DNA from: Kondoa subrosea
Lineage: Eukaryota
Assembly (NCBI GenBank): GCA_039545335.1
Contig: BCIN01000002.1
Span: forward strand, 1,563,118 to 1,627,117
Length of the DNA: 64,000 nucleotides
Reading direction: 5' to 3'
Each line of letters opens with the position of its first letter. The first letter of the stretch is position 1. Below the pieces are notes generated by a model. It did no database searches. It had not been told where the DNA came from and was given only the letters and a program-made list of their open reading frames with translations. A program made the translations under genes and the position numbers. This document shows positions 1 to 12,714 of the stretch, one piece after another.

Positions 1-324
1 AGCTGTCTTTGCAACCGCTGAGTTGTCCGGGCAGGCGGAAGCTGCTCAGTATCTATTCTGGGTCGTCCGGACTTCTACAAGCCAGGCGGACAAGATGGTC
101 AGTCAAGGGTGGGATATCCATTTGGCTACCATTGCAAAGGCGTTAGTCAGGCTTGCGTCGATAAAGTTAAAAGTCGCAAGGCTTTCTCTCCTTTCGTAAG
201 ACAATCTCTTGCTTGTCTGCCACGTTATGCTGATCCCGCGAGACAGGCCTTCAAACCGGAACCAATGCCAGCTCAGAAGATTAAGCGAGCACCTATCAAT
301 AATTCAGCCATAGCGAAACTTTAG
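1..324 (+). CDS. 3' end of a spliced gene of unknown function; C-terminus ...NNSAIAKL* (candidate PTS1)
   Basis: Removing two GT-AG introns (~98-150, ~196-246) gives ...AEAAQYLFWVVRTSTSQADKM-ACVDKVKSRKAFSPF-AFKPEPMPAQKIKRAPINNSAIAKL*. Truncated by the window edge. Confidence 0.55.
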
Positions 325-446
325 CTTTCCGGTTCGAAGTCTTTTATTGTACAAAGTGTACAAAATTGTGAAGTAGTAATGCATGATCTTTTTTACATTG
401 CTATCGGGAACAGTCTTATCAACAGCAAAGCCTATACATAATTTCT

Positions 447-2499
447 TTACAACTTCGAGCTCCCCTTCTGCAACGCCGCTGTTTTGGCTTTGAATCGCTT
501 GGCCTGTATGAATGTCAGATTGATACAGAACAACAGCCATGTCATTGAACTGACCAGTTCTATTGCAGAACAAACTTCAGATCATGGTCTCCAGACTTTA
601 CTCGAGCGCTCACCTCGAATCGAAAGATCCAAAAGTACGTCCTCGCTACCTCCCGGAATGCGACTGGCAGGAACCGAGCGATACAATCCTGATGAGCCAT
701 CAGCACACCACATCTTTATACTGGCTTGACTTACTCTCAACAACCGCGCCCTTTCCTTCTCCTTGAGTAAGGCCAGCGCCACCGAAGAGCAGAACAGCGC
801 AACGAGCGCATTCATCGAAAACTATTCCAGTCTGAGCTTTCATCATAGCAGTCAAGCCTCCCAATTCTTCGCTAGCTGTTTTAGCATCGAGTTTGGACAA
901 TTGATAGGCCAAAGATTCGATCCCTGTCAAGCAGTCAGAAGAGCTCATCTTCCGGCAGCTGACCATGCTTACAAGCAGACAATGACTCTAGTTGAGCACC
1001 TGCTTTCGCTAGACGATGTCGTACTACAGGCTGATCCATCAAAGGCTTTCCAAACGCTTCTCGAGCCATTGTGTACTCGAACGCGCTCGAGATTGCCGTG
1101 CGAGCAGATCGACATCCCTGTCTATGCATCAGACTCGAATGAAATAGTTGTGAAGAACTTACGCTGACACATATCTGCAATCGCTCGTGATTGAAGCTGA
1201 GGTATAGACTTGAGATCGGCTAGAGGAGCGTGTGCAGCGACTTACTTGACCATGACTTGCGAAGAAATCAGCTAAGCTATACACTTGGATTCGACAGTAC
1301 TCACTCATCTTCATGCCATGGCCTTCTTTTCCAATCAGGTTGGCGACCGGAACTTTAACTTCATCTCTTTATACGGGGATATTAGTCCAATAATATGAAA
1401 AGAGCAAAAGGACACACAGGTCAATATATGTCGTTCCACTCAGTTCTGCTCCCATAGATTTGATAGGACGCATAGAGACGCCAGGGGTATCGAGTAAAGG
1501 TACACTATGATGCTGTCATTAGATGATTGATGGAGGGGAGGTGACGACTTACATCAGTAGGGAGAGTCCTTGCGGACCAGGACCACCTGTTCGGACAGCC
1601 ATCGTTGAGTAATCGCTCCACTAGCATTCAAATCAGCTTTGTGTGACAAAGCAGCTGGAACCTCACTATGCCGTTGGTAATCCATTTCTTATTCCCAGAA
1701 ACGAGGTAGTACTTGCCACATTCAGACTTCTTAGCAGTGCAACTAATGTTGGCTACATCTGAGCCTGCGGACGGTTCGGTTATAGCTAAACAGGTTCGTT
1801 TCTTGCCTGTGAGAAGATCAGGAAGGAATTCTTTCTGCAGTGCCAGGCTTCCGTATTTGATAATGGGAGACTAGCGAGTAGCTTAGTATGGAAGAATCAG
1901 CGATTTGCATATACCCACGATCGCATAGGTCATGCCAGCACTCATCTACAACGCGATTAGACCAGCATAGTGTGAGCTAGAAGAGTAACCCACGGAAGCA
2001 TAGGCACCGCCAAAACGTGCCATCTATTATCCCATCAGCAACAGACCTGACTCTCTTCAAGAATACACACCTCATCCCAATAGATGATGACATGCATCAA
2101 ATCCATGTCTTCAACCTTGAGTCCCAGTATATCATAGATCCCAGCTTTGTGCAGTGTTTCCACGGGTAAAGGGCAAGGAAGATTAGGAACGACTAACAGA
2201 TTGTTCAGCAACTCTCGATTATGCACCAGATCTGAATAACTAACGCATATGATGCTTGTTGAACGTGTCCCAAAGATGTTTAGGGACAGCTCCGTCGGCC
2301 TGCCACTGCACAGTAACATGTGAGCTTGAAGACTGGAAAGGCAAGTACGGAAACCGACATCTGACATGTGTTCTTCAACATGCTCAGTCATGAAAGCTCG
2401 ACACTTCTTCTGCCATTCCCTATGACTGGCATTGTAATACGGAGAAGGCAGTCCAAGCAGATACGGGGGTTCAGAAAATGGGATTGGAACAGCTGCCAT
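447..2499 (-). CDS. Acyl-CoA dehydrogenase, multi-exon, C-terminal SKL (peroxisomal)
   Basis: Motifs CLAITEPSAGSDVAN, GNKKWITNG, FNHER, REAFGKPLMDQPVVRHRLA, AVLLFGG, IPGGSEDV. Spliced C-terminus ELAKRFKAKTAALQKGSSKL*. Confidence 0.93.
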
Positions 2500-2865
2500 G
2501 AATAGAGAATAACAACAGCTAGCGCGGGCGATATGTTCAGCGCAATAGAGAAGGACAGACAGACGACAGTCAAGAAGCCAAGCGACTGCAACAGTGAAAA
2601 CTTAAGGCTAATTCAACCCCGCACGTGAAAATTACCAAAGCGCGTAATTTCGGCACGCGAATAAGCAAGTTGATCAAGTGTGAAACAGAGTACTGCTGGC
2701 TGCGAAGGAGACTGACGCAGTCCATGGAATGAGTATTATGAGAAGTGAATGTGCTATGTGATGCATAAATAGTACTATGGACAAAAGCATGCTTGCTTAG
2801 AACCTTCGCTCTTCGTCTTTCACACCTCGTCCAACCGTCTAAATGATACAGCTCCTAGAAGAAAT

Positions 2866-4302
2866 TTACTGAGCGACTTCATTGGAAGCACCAGGGCAAT
2901 CTATGGCAAGTACATCAAAGGCGATCGAAAAAAACATGCTTAGTCATTGGCTTACCCCTTGAGATATGTCCGGTCTGTCCGCATTGGTAGCATGTTCTCA
3001 CTTGGCCTTGCGGGCAGTCACGGCTCAAATGACCTTCTTCATTGCAGTCTGAGCGAAAACATCAGCTTAACAGCATGAACATCTGCACAGGCGAACTGAC
3101 TGTAGCACTTGGTCGACCTCTGCTGTCCGCCGTATCCTCCACGCTGAGCACCTCCGTAGCTTGATGTTTGCTTGGTAGGGCAGTCGCTGTGGATGGACTC
3201 CAAGATCAGCTACACTCAGCTGTATTTTAGCTTTGTCGCGCACCGAGAAATGTGACCAGTCTGGTTGCAATTGTAGCAGGTAACATCACGACGTTGTCCG
3301 GGACCCTCAGGACAATCACTGAACACCATATGGATAAGCTGGATCATAAAGCCTTCGATCTATGCAGAAGCGTACCGAGCGAAGTGGTTTCCTCCACAGG
3401 TGTAACATGTTACGTTGCTCTGGTATCCTCCGGTCTGTCCTTCGCTCTGAGGGCATTCGCGCTGTAAAATCAAGGCAATACTGAGATTACTTTCGGCAAA
3501 GGCTTATCTCCAACCCACGCTGATATGGCCTGTTGCAAGTGCCGACGATTAAGATGATCCGTTAAGCTCGAGAAGCTCCACTGACCAGATTCACCGCCTG
3601 AGGAAATAAAATAAGCAATTGTAAGTGTGTATAACTGAGCAAACTAACACTTGTAGCACGACTTTGGCTTGGGTTCTTCAGTGCATTGTGCAGCAATGTG
3701 ATCACCACCGCAGTTATCTAATCCCGGTTGCAAGCGTCAATACGTATATCCAATGAATCCTGCGAGGGAAGACTAACAGCACTTCTTTGGCGCTCTCTGT
3801 CCTCCTTGACCTCCGGTAGGGCAATCGGCAGCTCTGTGACCTTCCTCTCCGCAGTCTGGACAATATGAAGCAAAATAAGCATTGTTGAAAATTTTCAATT
3901 GCCGCTTTCGAAAGACTGACTGTCTATTTACGCGAATCACAAGGTTCAACAGGCCGTTCATAGGATTGACAGCAAGACAGGGTGAGACTAACAGCAAGCT
4001 CTGTTCATGGTTGATGGATTTCGAGTCGTTGATCGATTGTAAGAAGGAGCTCGGGAATAATTATTTGAAGTCGGGTATTGTGGCCTTCGCTCTCTAGGTG
4101 GCCCACTGCTCCTCCTGTCGTTTCTGTCGTAGCTTGGCCTGCGTTCACTTGAATCCCTCGAATAAGATGTAGAGCGATAACCTTCCAAGACTTGAGTTTG
4201 TGTTGAAAAATTCAATTTCGCTTGACGTAGAGGTGCTTGAGCGATAAGTAGGCTAGGTGAAGCAATTTGGAGTCGTAGGGTATTTCGTGCAATAGAATAC
4301 AT
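2866..4302 (-). CDS. GIS2: CNBP/Gis2-like protein with 7 CCHC zinc knuckles and an in-frame 98-aa N-terminal extension (canonical-looking start MNRAC at 4008)
   Basis: Spliced knuckles CYNCGEEGHRAADC, CYNCGGDHIAAQC, CYKCGESGHISREC, CYTCGGNHFARDC, CYNCNQTGHISRDC, CYNCNEEGHLSRDC, CYQCGQTGHISRDC; Gly-rich RGGYGG linker. Confidence 0.88.
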
Positions 4303-4384
4303 GCTATACGTGTATGAATGTTTATTCGCTGTTCCTCAATGCATTAGTTTTCGACATTACAGAAGAGTAGTGGCGAACCGAATT

Positions 4385-7300
4385 TCATGAAGGTGCAGCT
4401 TCTTCGTCGTAGCGTTCTTTCAGCACAGCTTTGTATTTTGCTGCTTCGACAGACAGTTTCCCAGCGGCTTCTTCATTAGAACGCATTTTCGCCAACAGAG
4501 CATCGACGCGTGAAGTGATCTCGACTGGAGTGCTCGCGGAGTTGGTGAAGATGAACTTGCCTGAATCGCTGAACAACTTAGTGAGAGATATGAGCTCTTC
4601 GGATGCAGCTTTGATGTTCGCTTCCGCTTTGGATGCTGCTGCAGAGTTGATGAGCAATTCTTGCTGAGCTGCAAAGATGTTGTCTGCTGTCAAGCGAGCG
4701 AAAGCTGATCTATATACTGGTTTGCCAGGCCGCAAAGAAGCAGGTCGACCTGTTACGAGTATCGAGCCCTGATTCTTTTGAGTACGAGCTTGACTGACCA
4801 TCCCTGTGTATGACAGATACCATCTCTGCTTGTTCAAGTGCATTGAGTGCCTTGTCATCGCTACCAAATGGACCATTGACAAGCACGTCCGCATAATTGG
4901 CCTACGAAAAAGGGTTATCAGTAAAGGTTATGACGCGAAGGTACTCTTTCCCGTACCTCTTCTTTCTGACTGAGCAATTTGGTCAGATACCAGGCTTGCT
5001 GCTGAGTCCATTCTTTGTGATTAGCTTCCTCTCGACTTTCTCCGAAGATGTTTTTCTTGACTTCCGATGCAGATTCTATCGTTACATTATAGATCAGCCA
5101 TCAAACGACTCAGCATAGACGATGGCTTACTAGCAATAATATCTTCTACCGCTGCTTCGCATGAAATACCACTCCTCAATTTCAGCACGAGCGCTTCTAG
5201 ATCTGTCAATCTTCCACCAAGATGTGCTATACTCGCCTCATCCGTAGCTACATCTTGCTTGCCTAGCTGAAGCAATTTGCTCTTGACATGCTGTATGGCG
5301 CCGTCGACACTTGCGTCCGTAAGAGTGATGGTATTGATAGGTTTAGCAGGTAGGGCTTTTTGATCTCCTCGTGAGCTGATCCTTATAGCAAGGTAGACAA
5401 AGCATACCTTTAGCCAGAGGTTTCGCTGCTAGTGCATTGTCTGAAGTAGCTATAACATGCGCGACCTGGCATGCTATTCAGCATGTCTAGCCGCGTCTCT
5501 ACAGGAGGACTGACCTGTGAGCTGACTAGACCTGCTCCCCATTCAGACAATTGCTCCCAGAAGATGTCCTTCCCTTGTTTCGCATTGAAGCTGTCAATCG
5601 GAAATGCTCGAATTAGACTGTTGCACCTGCATACAAGAGAACCTGACTGACTTTCGTAGTATCACGATTGGCACAGTTTGCGTTACCGGATCAAACTTCT
5701 GATCTTCCGTTTCTAATGAGATTGCTCGTGCTTCTTGTAAAGCTCTTGGTCCAGTAACGGTACTTGAGACCAGCGGATCAGTACTTGGGATAGCTTTGTT
5801 GAGAGCCGATACTCACTAAGTGCCCTCTTCACCTCCATTGCCCTCGGCTTCCAGACCAGCGCCAAGTTCAGACATCACTCCATTACCAGCTAAACAGTCC
5901 AATCGACCGTCTCTGATACCATCACGATCAAGGATAGACCTGATTCGACTCCGATCTTCTTTGGTTTGCCGCCGATCCTCAGCAGCCATAAATGCTGCAG
6001 CTTGTTGAGCTTTGGTTTCATCGGAAATCTTCTTGAGCGCAGAAGCGCTTATACTCAGTACTTGCTTGATCTGAGCATCGAGGGAAGAGCTAAAGCCTGT
6101 TTTGCTGCCTACCAAGCCGACAGAGGCGATATCGACGAGGTTATCTAGACGCATTGTTTAGTCTCTTCGTTGTCACTTGGAATTCAGAACTCACTGAAGG
6201 AGTTCAAGAAGGAGAACTGAGGCCAGTAGCTAAAGAGCGAATCAGAATTCAGAGAGGCTGGACTGCAAGCAGAGCTTACCCGAGCTGAGCTGCTAATTCT
6301 GCTACAAGCTTGTCATCGCTTCCTGAGGCTCGCACCAGAGCTGCACAATCTATGGTGATGATATGCCTGCCCAAACAATCAGGCTGCTACTTTCGACGGG
6401 AAGATGATGCCCGCCTATGACTCTCCATAACGTCTTCTAGCAGAAGAGACTTTCCACTGCCTGCCAGACTGGTCAGCGGCCACCTTATGAATGACACAAT
6501 GTGGAGGAAATGACCTCGAGGACCAACGACGTTGATGAAAGCATCAGGCAAGTCCTTCAGCCAACCTTCTAACGCTTCGGCTGCATTCTCCCTTTCCTGC
6601 TCAATACCTGTGGCACTAGCGACAACATCTGATTCCTTCTTATCGCTCTTCAAACCTAGACGACCCAAAGTTTCCCTCTTTAGCCAAGAAAGTGCTTTAT
6701 ATTGTTCCGGATCGAAAGTGCCTTCCACTTTAGCTTGTACAAACCAACTACGGATAGGATCAAAGACCAAGAAACTGAATCCGCCTAGAAGAACCGCAAG
6801 AATTGGGACTGTGATTCTAGGATGATCGGCTAGCCATTGTCTAGCCGCGTGTGCTTTCACTCGGTCTTTGTACAGTATATGCAGAGTCTGACCTGAAGGT
6901 AAAGTATAGCCGTCAAGACAATTTCGTGCAGCTGCTGCAGATCGAGTTGAGCGGAATTGAATTGTAGGTGATTTGACATCTGGGAAAATATCTCGGATTC
7001 GACCATACTACAGGGAGAGTTCAGTTATACCCGCCGGAGAATGTCGAACATGGACATACAGGCCGAGCAAGCTCATAGATTTGCTCTTGCGATGGTGGGT
7101 TTCCATTGGCAAACTCTATTCGAATAGCTGAATTTGGGAAACGATCCATGTCCTCTTGCCAAGGTGCTCCTTTGACAATGTGGACTTGACTTTGACCAAA
7201 AATGTACCAAGGTTTGTACTGCACAGCAGACTTGTTGATTTGCTCGCGAAGCCAACTTTCGACAGCTTCATTGACAACTAGTTCGGCTGACTTTTGACCT

Positions 7301-7729
7301 TCTTGACTCGTGATTCTAGGTGGAATGAAGGAGATATGTACGAATAAGCCTCCATCTTTCGAGCGAGGATTTATTGATTCAATGCGCAAGTCCACATCCG
7401 TTTCATACTATTCCAGCAATTAGATTCTGTCCACAAGAATAGACAATGGCGAAGCAGTGGCGTACGCGAGTCGGTATAAGAGTACGAATCTGATCAACAA
7501 TGGTATCTTGGGTCGCTTTCGCCCAAAGGATTCGAGGATCCAAGGCAGAGATACGAATAGGGAAGACAGAGTCAAAGTACAGATAGGCAGAGCGTCGCCC
7601 AGAAGCAGTTTCTGGTGTTGTAGCATCCTGCAAATGCGAGCGAATGCTGGAAGTTGGCACATCCAAACTTGAGGCAGCTCTCAGGCCCAGCGTGCCTCTT
7701 CGGATTGGTATGAGACTGGAGCGTATCAT
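4385..7729 (-). CDS. YME2: Mitochondrial escape protein 2 (Yme2/Prp12; RRM + RNA12 domain)
   Basis: YFDSVFPIR, PRSKDGGLFV, KGAPWQEDMDRFP, HPRITVPILAVLLGGFSFLVFDPIR (TM), GPRGSGK, C-terminal GRPASLRPGKPVYRSAF; presequence-like N-terminus. Confidence 0.9.
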
Positions 7730-7958
7730 CCTGGCATAGCAGCCGCGTGGGTATATTTCTCAGCTCGCCGTTCCGAAGAAACAAGTTAATGACGAGCTCG
7801 ACTCTGGCCCTCTGGGGTAGGGTAGTGCCTCAGAGCAAGGGTAATACTTAAAGGACCTTGAACATTCAATTAAGTTAACAAATTAAGGTGCTCGCAAGGA
7901 GCTTGACTGTTGTTTTGATCCGTACCAGCTGAGACTCCTGAAACACAACAGGCGTTGC

Positions 7959-9089
7959 ATGGCATCACTGTTCATACCAGCAGAAGTGAAAGAACGCGTC
8001 AAAGCTTCTTGCATCGGAAAATGGTCTATCAACCTTACTTCTGTTGAACTGAAAGCGAAAGAAGCTGCTGCGAAGACGAGTAGTACAGCAAGGAAGCAGC
8101 TGAAAGACTTGAAAGATTCTTATATCGTCAATTGGGCAGAACATTGGACACCTGTTGCTCTTGCCCATAAATGGACTAGCTGGAAGAAAACTGTAGCTAA
8201 GGAGGGCGAATATGGCGATCTGTTCAGTCCATTAGAACTTGCTTTCTACGCAGAGGTTGTCACCTACTACGAGGTCCTGCGCCGGGCTCGTAAAGCTCAT
8301 GGGAATTCTCAAAGTCCTGCTAAAGTCAGTCGTACTAAGCTCTGCAGACATGTCGCTGATGCTTGTTGTTCTAGGGCCTTCCTCCTCAGTTTCCTTTGCA
8401 TGGCCCGTTATTTGCTTCACATGATCTCGCTTCTTCGCACCTGTATGATCCTAAGATTGAGATCGATCCTGCGTCTCTTATGATTCGACCTCTGCTCATT
8501 CTTACCGATCTATATTATCCTCGTACGTACAGTATCTTCTGAGCTTCGAGCAAGAGCTCGCAAGTCGGTTATTGTTTCCGCTGCAAAGGCCAAACCAAAG
8601 GCTTTCAGTACACCGGTACAGCCTCAACCCATAGCGATAACAATCGAATCTGCAGCGATGGTTGCATGGCTGCTTGGAGTAGAGCTCCGTTTCCTCTACC
8701 CCGAGGACTATTCTACTCTGGTGTTCCTCAAACATCAGTCATCTTTGCTCAGCTCCGGTAAGTTATCACAAGGTGACTGTACCTGTTCTATGACTGAAAG
8801 TCTTCTCTTCCTCTGCAGCGATATTGCAAATAGAACTCTGCAAGGCTTTCCACCAAGTGCTGAAGAGTATAACTTACGCATCTACGCGAAATTTGCTTGG
8901 GATGAAGAAAAGAACGAATACAACTTCAACGATACTGCTAAATTCCCTGCGAAGGCTAGTCGTAGCCGTGTGACTTCGGAAAAACATCTTCTAGAGCAAG
9001 TCAAGTCAATGCAGACTAATCCGAATTTCGTTCTGCCGCGGCTTCCGATGGTGCAACAAGAGCTAGACGAAGACGAAGAGATGGTATAG
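7959..9089 (+). CDS. Hypothetical protein, 4 exons, with CFRC and CSDGC (possible Zn-binding) motifs
   Basis: Predicted introns 8325-8374, 8523-8564 and 8758-8818 join the ORF fragments into one open frame. No family recognised with certainty. Confidence 0.6.
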
Positions 9090-9629
9090 TAGGTGGACCG
9101 CGAGCTTCATGTGTGTCCTCAAGCCATGTAGTTGTATTTTAGTAATGTACGCTGAATGATTGTACAAATGTATTGATAACTTTGTTTACGTATGTCGCTT
9201 GCGCTTCTGCTCTATGCCATGAATCAAGTTGGCAAAGCTGCGCTGCAACCCTGTCCTTGCCGCTGAGGCATAGTCACTTTCTTCAGTTCGGTTATACCGG
9301 TTATAGACTGCTCGAAGGTGCTCAGGTGCTTGCCGAACGGCACGTTTTTTGATTACTCTCTCTCTAAGCACCTTGCCGCCCTCTGGGTGCATTGAGTGAT
9401 TTTCTCTCTCATATACGCGTGCGCTACATTGCATACTTCAAGCTGCGTGCAGACTCGCAGCAGGACAGGAATGACAGTGACGAATCAACGAGCAGCCATA
9501 TCTATGTGAGGGTCGATCTCATCAGATGTGAACAGCCAAACACAGCAGAGCGGCAGTGAGAAGCAGAGCTCATCATAATTATCAATCCAACATCCATTTT
9601 TTACGTTCATACGAAACCCAGATTATGAC

Positions 9630-12443
9630 TTAAAATTTACCTGTAGACACCAAACATCAGCAAAAACTTCACAATGCGAACAAGGCAAGCGCACTGTACA
9701 CTACACTGCCCTCAGTGTAATGAGTTGATACATCGGTTGTGGATGATCTGGCCAATGTGGTTCTCTTCATGACTTTCCAAACCACAAACATGAAGGCAAA
9801 GACTAAAGCGGTGTTGGAGTGAGCTATTATCTTCATGTACCGATAAGCGACACTCACAGATGAAGTTAACATAACTGGAGAAGAACCCTGAGGCGTCGAA
9901 ACCGCCCTATAGAATGATATCAGAAACTTGAACTTTGCCAAAAACTGTCGACGTACCTTCAAAGAAGTCCATCCGCTGAAGAAGGAGATTATGCCAAAGC
10001 CGATAAGGACGACCCAGGCGAGGTCTGAACAGGTAGTCAGTCAAGAGTAGCTAAATTTGTCGGTTTTCAGACTAACAAGGTTGGAATGGAGCTATGACAG
10101 CACATTAGCATTGCTGTGAGAGTTTTAGGCACTAGATCGTACCTTGGAAAGGCAGGACTGAGCGAGGAATACCCTGGGCTTTCATGGCCTTCTGCATTCG
10201 GATCTGTTTTTATGATTAGCAACCGGTTGCTAAATACCAGTGTAGGAGACTTACATTCGAGTATGCAATACCCATCCAGGTGATCTGAGATCCAAGGGTG
10301 GTAATGTTACTCAACCAAGTGAAGACCTCGCTGGAGTTGTCGCTGACGTTTAGGTAGGCGAGAAGACTGAAGAGAGATGCAACGCCAAGAGCAACGACGG
10401 GCACACCGCTGCAAGCTCATTTAATACAAAACTCGACGCAGGCGAGAACCCTCACTTTGGCAAAACCTTGGAGAAAATACGGGGAGCTTGACCGATTTGA
10501 GCAAGCATGAAGAGCGCTCGACTGGAGCTATATAAGAACTCGTTTCCAGAACTGAACGCTGAAGTTAAGACGACCGCACTGTCGTGATACATGTCAGGAG
10601 TATCCCCAAGCCAGACCAATGGTATCTCACTTGATGATATGGTCCAGAACCCTGATACCGGATGTCTTGATTACTACTACGAAAGGTGATTGAGCGGCTG
10701 TTCCGGTACTTTGCTTGATTGCTTGAAGCAAATTCGGGTTAGATCTTGAGACACAAAGACCAATCATGAGTATACTGAGGACATAGAGACCAACAATTCG
10801 ATAGAAGATTGTTTTGACGGCCATTTTCATTGTGACTCGTGGGTTTGCGGCTTCCAAACAGATACTTGCCAGACCCTCCATTCCACCGTATGAGAAGGAA
10901 GCTTGCGTTACTATGGCAGGCAAGAATCGTAAACATGAGCAAGCGGAGATGCTACTGAAGAGACCCTTGACATACAAACAGACCAGAAGCCCAGGAATCG
11001 AGACAAGGAGCCGGCTGTCATAAAACTTAGCAAAGGATCGAAGCTCGGAATAGTCACTCACAATATGTCAAGTATGAGCTGTTGAAGGGTTCTCTCTTCC
11101 AGTAACGGAAGCCTCTTCGGTCGTGGTCAGGCTACACCCGTTGTCAGCAGGAATTATCTAATATTATGTTTTCAGACTCACAGCTCCACCGAGATCAACG
11201 ACCAAACACATAATCTACAACATGTAAGCGCAACTCGAAGGGTGAAGATCATTGTCTCACCAAGAGCCCAAGTACAGTGATGACCTGTCGCCGCAGATAA
11301 GTAGGAGACCGGAAATCGAGAAAGAACACACCTTGATGATTGCGAACCAGAACTCAAATTCACCTGTGAAAAATCATCCCCCTCAGTCGCCGCCAGACTA
11401 TCGCTAAGGAATTGGAATACCGAAATAGCGAATGCCTGCGAAATTGATACCAATCATTCCAATGAGGAAAACGGAGATGTAGATCGCCAGATGGCTCGTG
11501 TTGTGGTCCCAATATTGTATCACAATCGATGCAGCGACGACTTCTGTTGGAGCAGTCTGAAGGACAAGGATCTGAGCATTGGATTACCACAATAGCCGAT
11601 ACGAAGAGCTTACAACAGCAGTTTGGAAAACGAATTGCCAGCCCATTGCGAAACCAAATGCAGGATCGACGTATCTAGCACCGAACTCGATGCTATGACA
11701 TACAATTATTTAGTGAAGGCCTGACAGAAGCATAAGAATGCAGACTTACAAACCTCCAGCCGAAGGCTGCAAGGTAACGTCAGCACCAATAGTCATAGAA
11801 GGGCATGCAACGCACGTCCCAGACCATCATCTATGGGTCTGAAATCAGCTTAAGCCTGAAATAAATGTCTCACTACGAACCTCTCCCAAACAGTACATCA
11901 TCTATCGGCAGGATTAGCTCAGTCCGAACAACTATATGCGTCTAAACTCACGGAACCGACGAGCATTCCTACAATTGCGTAACCAAGAAGCTGAACAGTC
12001 GGCGAATAAGCAAACAATGACAGGCAAATAAAAAATCTCGCTCACAGCGCCGACGGGACCACCATTAGCAAGAGCCCTTCCGGAACCAAGGAACAATCCT
12101 GTTCCGCTGCAGAAGAGTTCAGGTTCATATGACTCGCCAGAGTTTAGATTAAGTCACATTGTACCAGCGATAGCAATCATAGACACTTGTCTAGGTTTCA
12201 ATGCTCTGTTACAGTACTTCGGTTAGCCGCCAAGAAGAAGTCTATCATGCAAGAGATGTACCGATGCATGTGTGCACCACCTTCCGCATGAGGTTCAGCA
12301 TTGCGCTCGAGGACTGAAACATCAGCTTGAGGCTCTTCTTTGATATCTTTGCTATCTTGTGGAGGATAAGAGCTTTGGAAAGGATCTGGCTTATCACCAA
12401 GACCTGGAGTGCCAGCTTGATAGGCTGAGCGATGAGTAGCCAT
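9630..12443 (-). CDS. Amino acid permease, APC/YAT family (3' end approximate)
   Basis: RQVSMIAIAGT-GTGLFLGSGRALANGGPVG, RYVDPAFGFAMGW, QASFSYGGME, QSPFVVVIK, SSSRALFMLAQ and multiple hydrophobic helices; many short exons. Confidence 0.92.
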
Positions 12444-12714
12444 TTCAAGTCAATTGGATCAGAGTTATGGAAGTAAGAGGAAGAGAGTGATAGGAAGCAG
12501 ACTATCCACGGGAGAGAAGAGACTTTTCACAAGGCAATCGGTTTAAAAATAGGATCGAGGCATGGAAATCTCCGCTTTTGTGGGGATAAGCTCTGGACCG
12601 AGTTGAACCTTCAACAAAGAAACGCAGGAACAGAACCATGATAAGCAGTCTCAACATGGAGAAGAAGCAGTGATAACGAAGGTCAATAGTAGGGATTCGC
12701 AGCGATTTCATCTT

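Noticed and set aside
9186..9434. 82-aa minus-strand ORF downstream of the permease
   Set aside because: No family motif, and I could not link it confidently to the permease or to its own upstream exons.
9521..9576. Minus-strand ATGATGA...CTGA resembling a C/D-box snoRNA
   Set aside because: Only ~55 nt, with no terminal stem and no recognisable rRNA-complementary guide.
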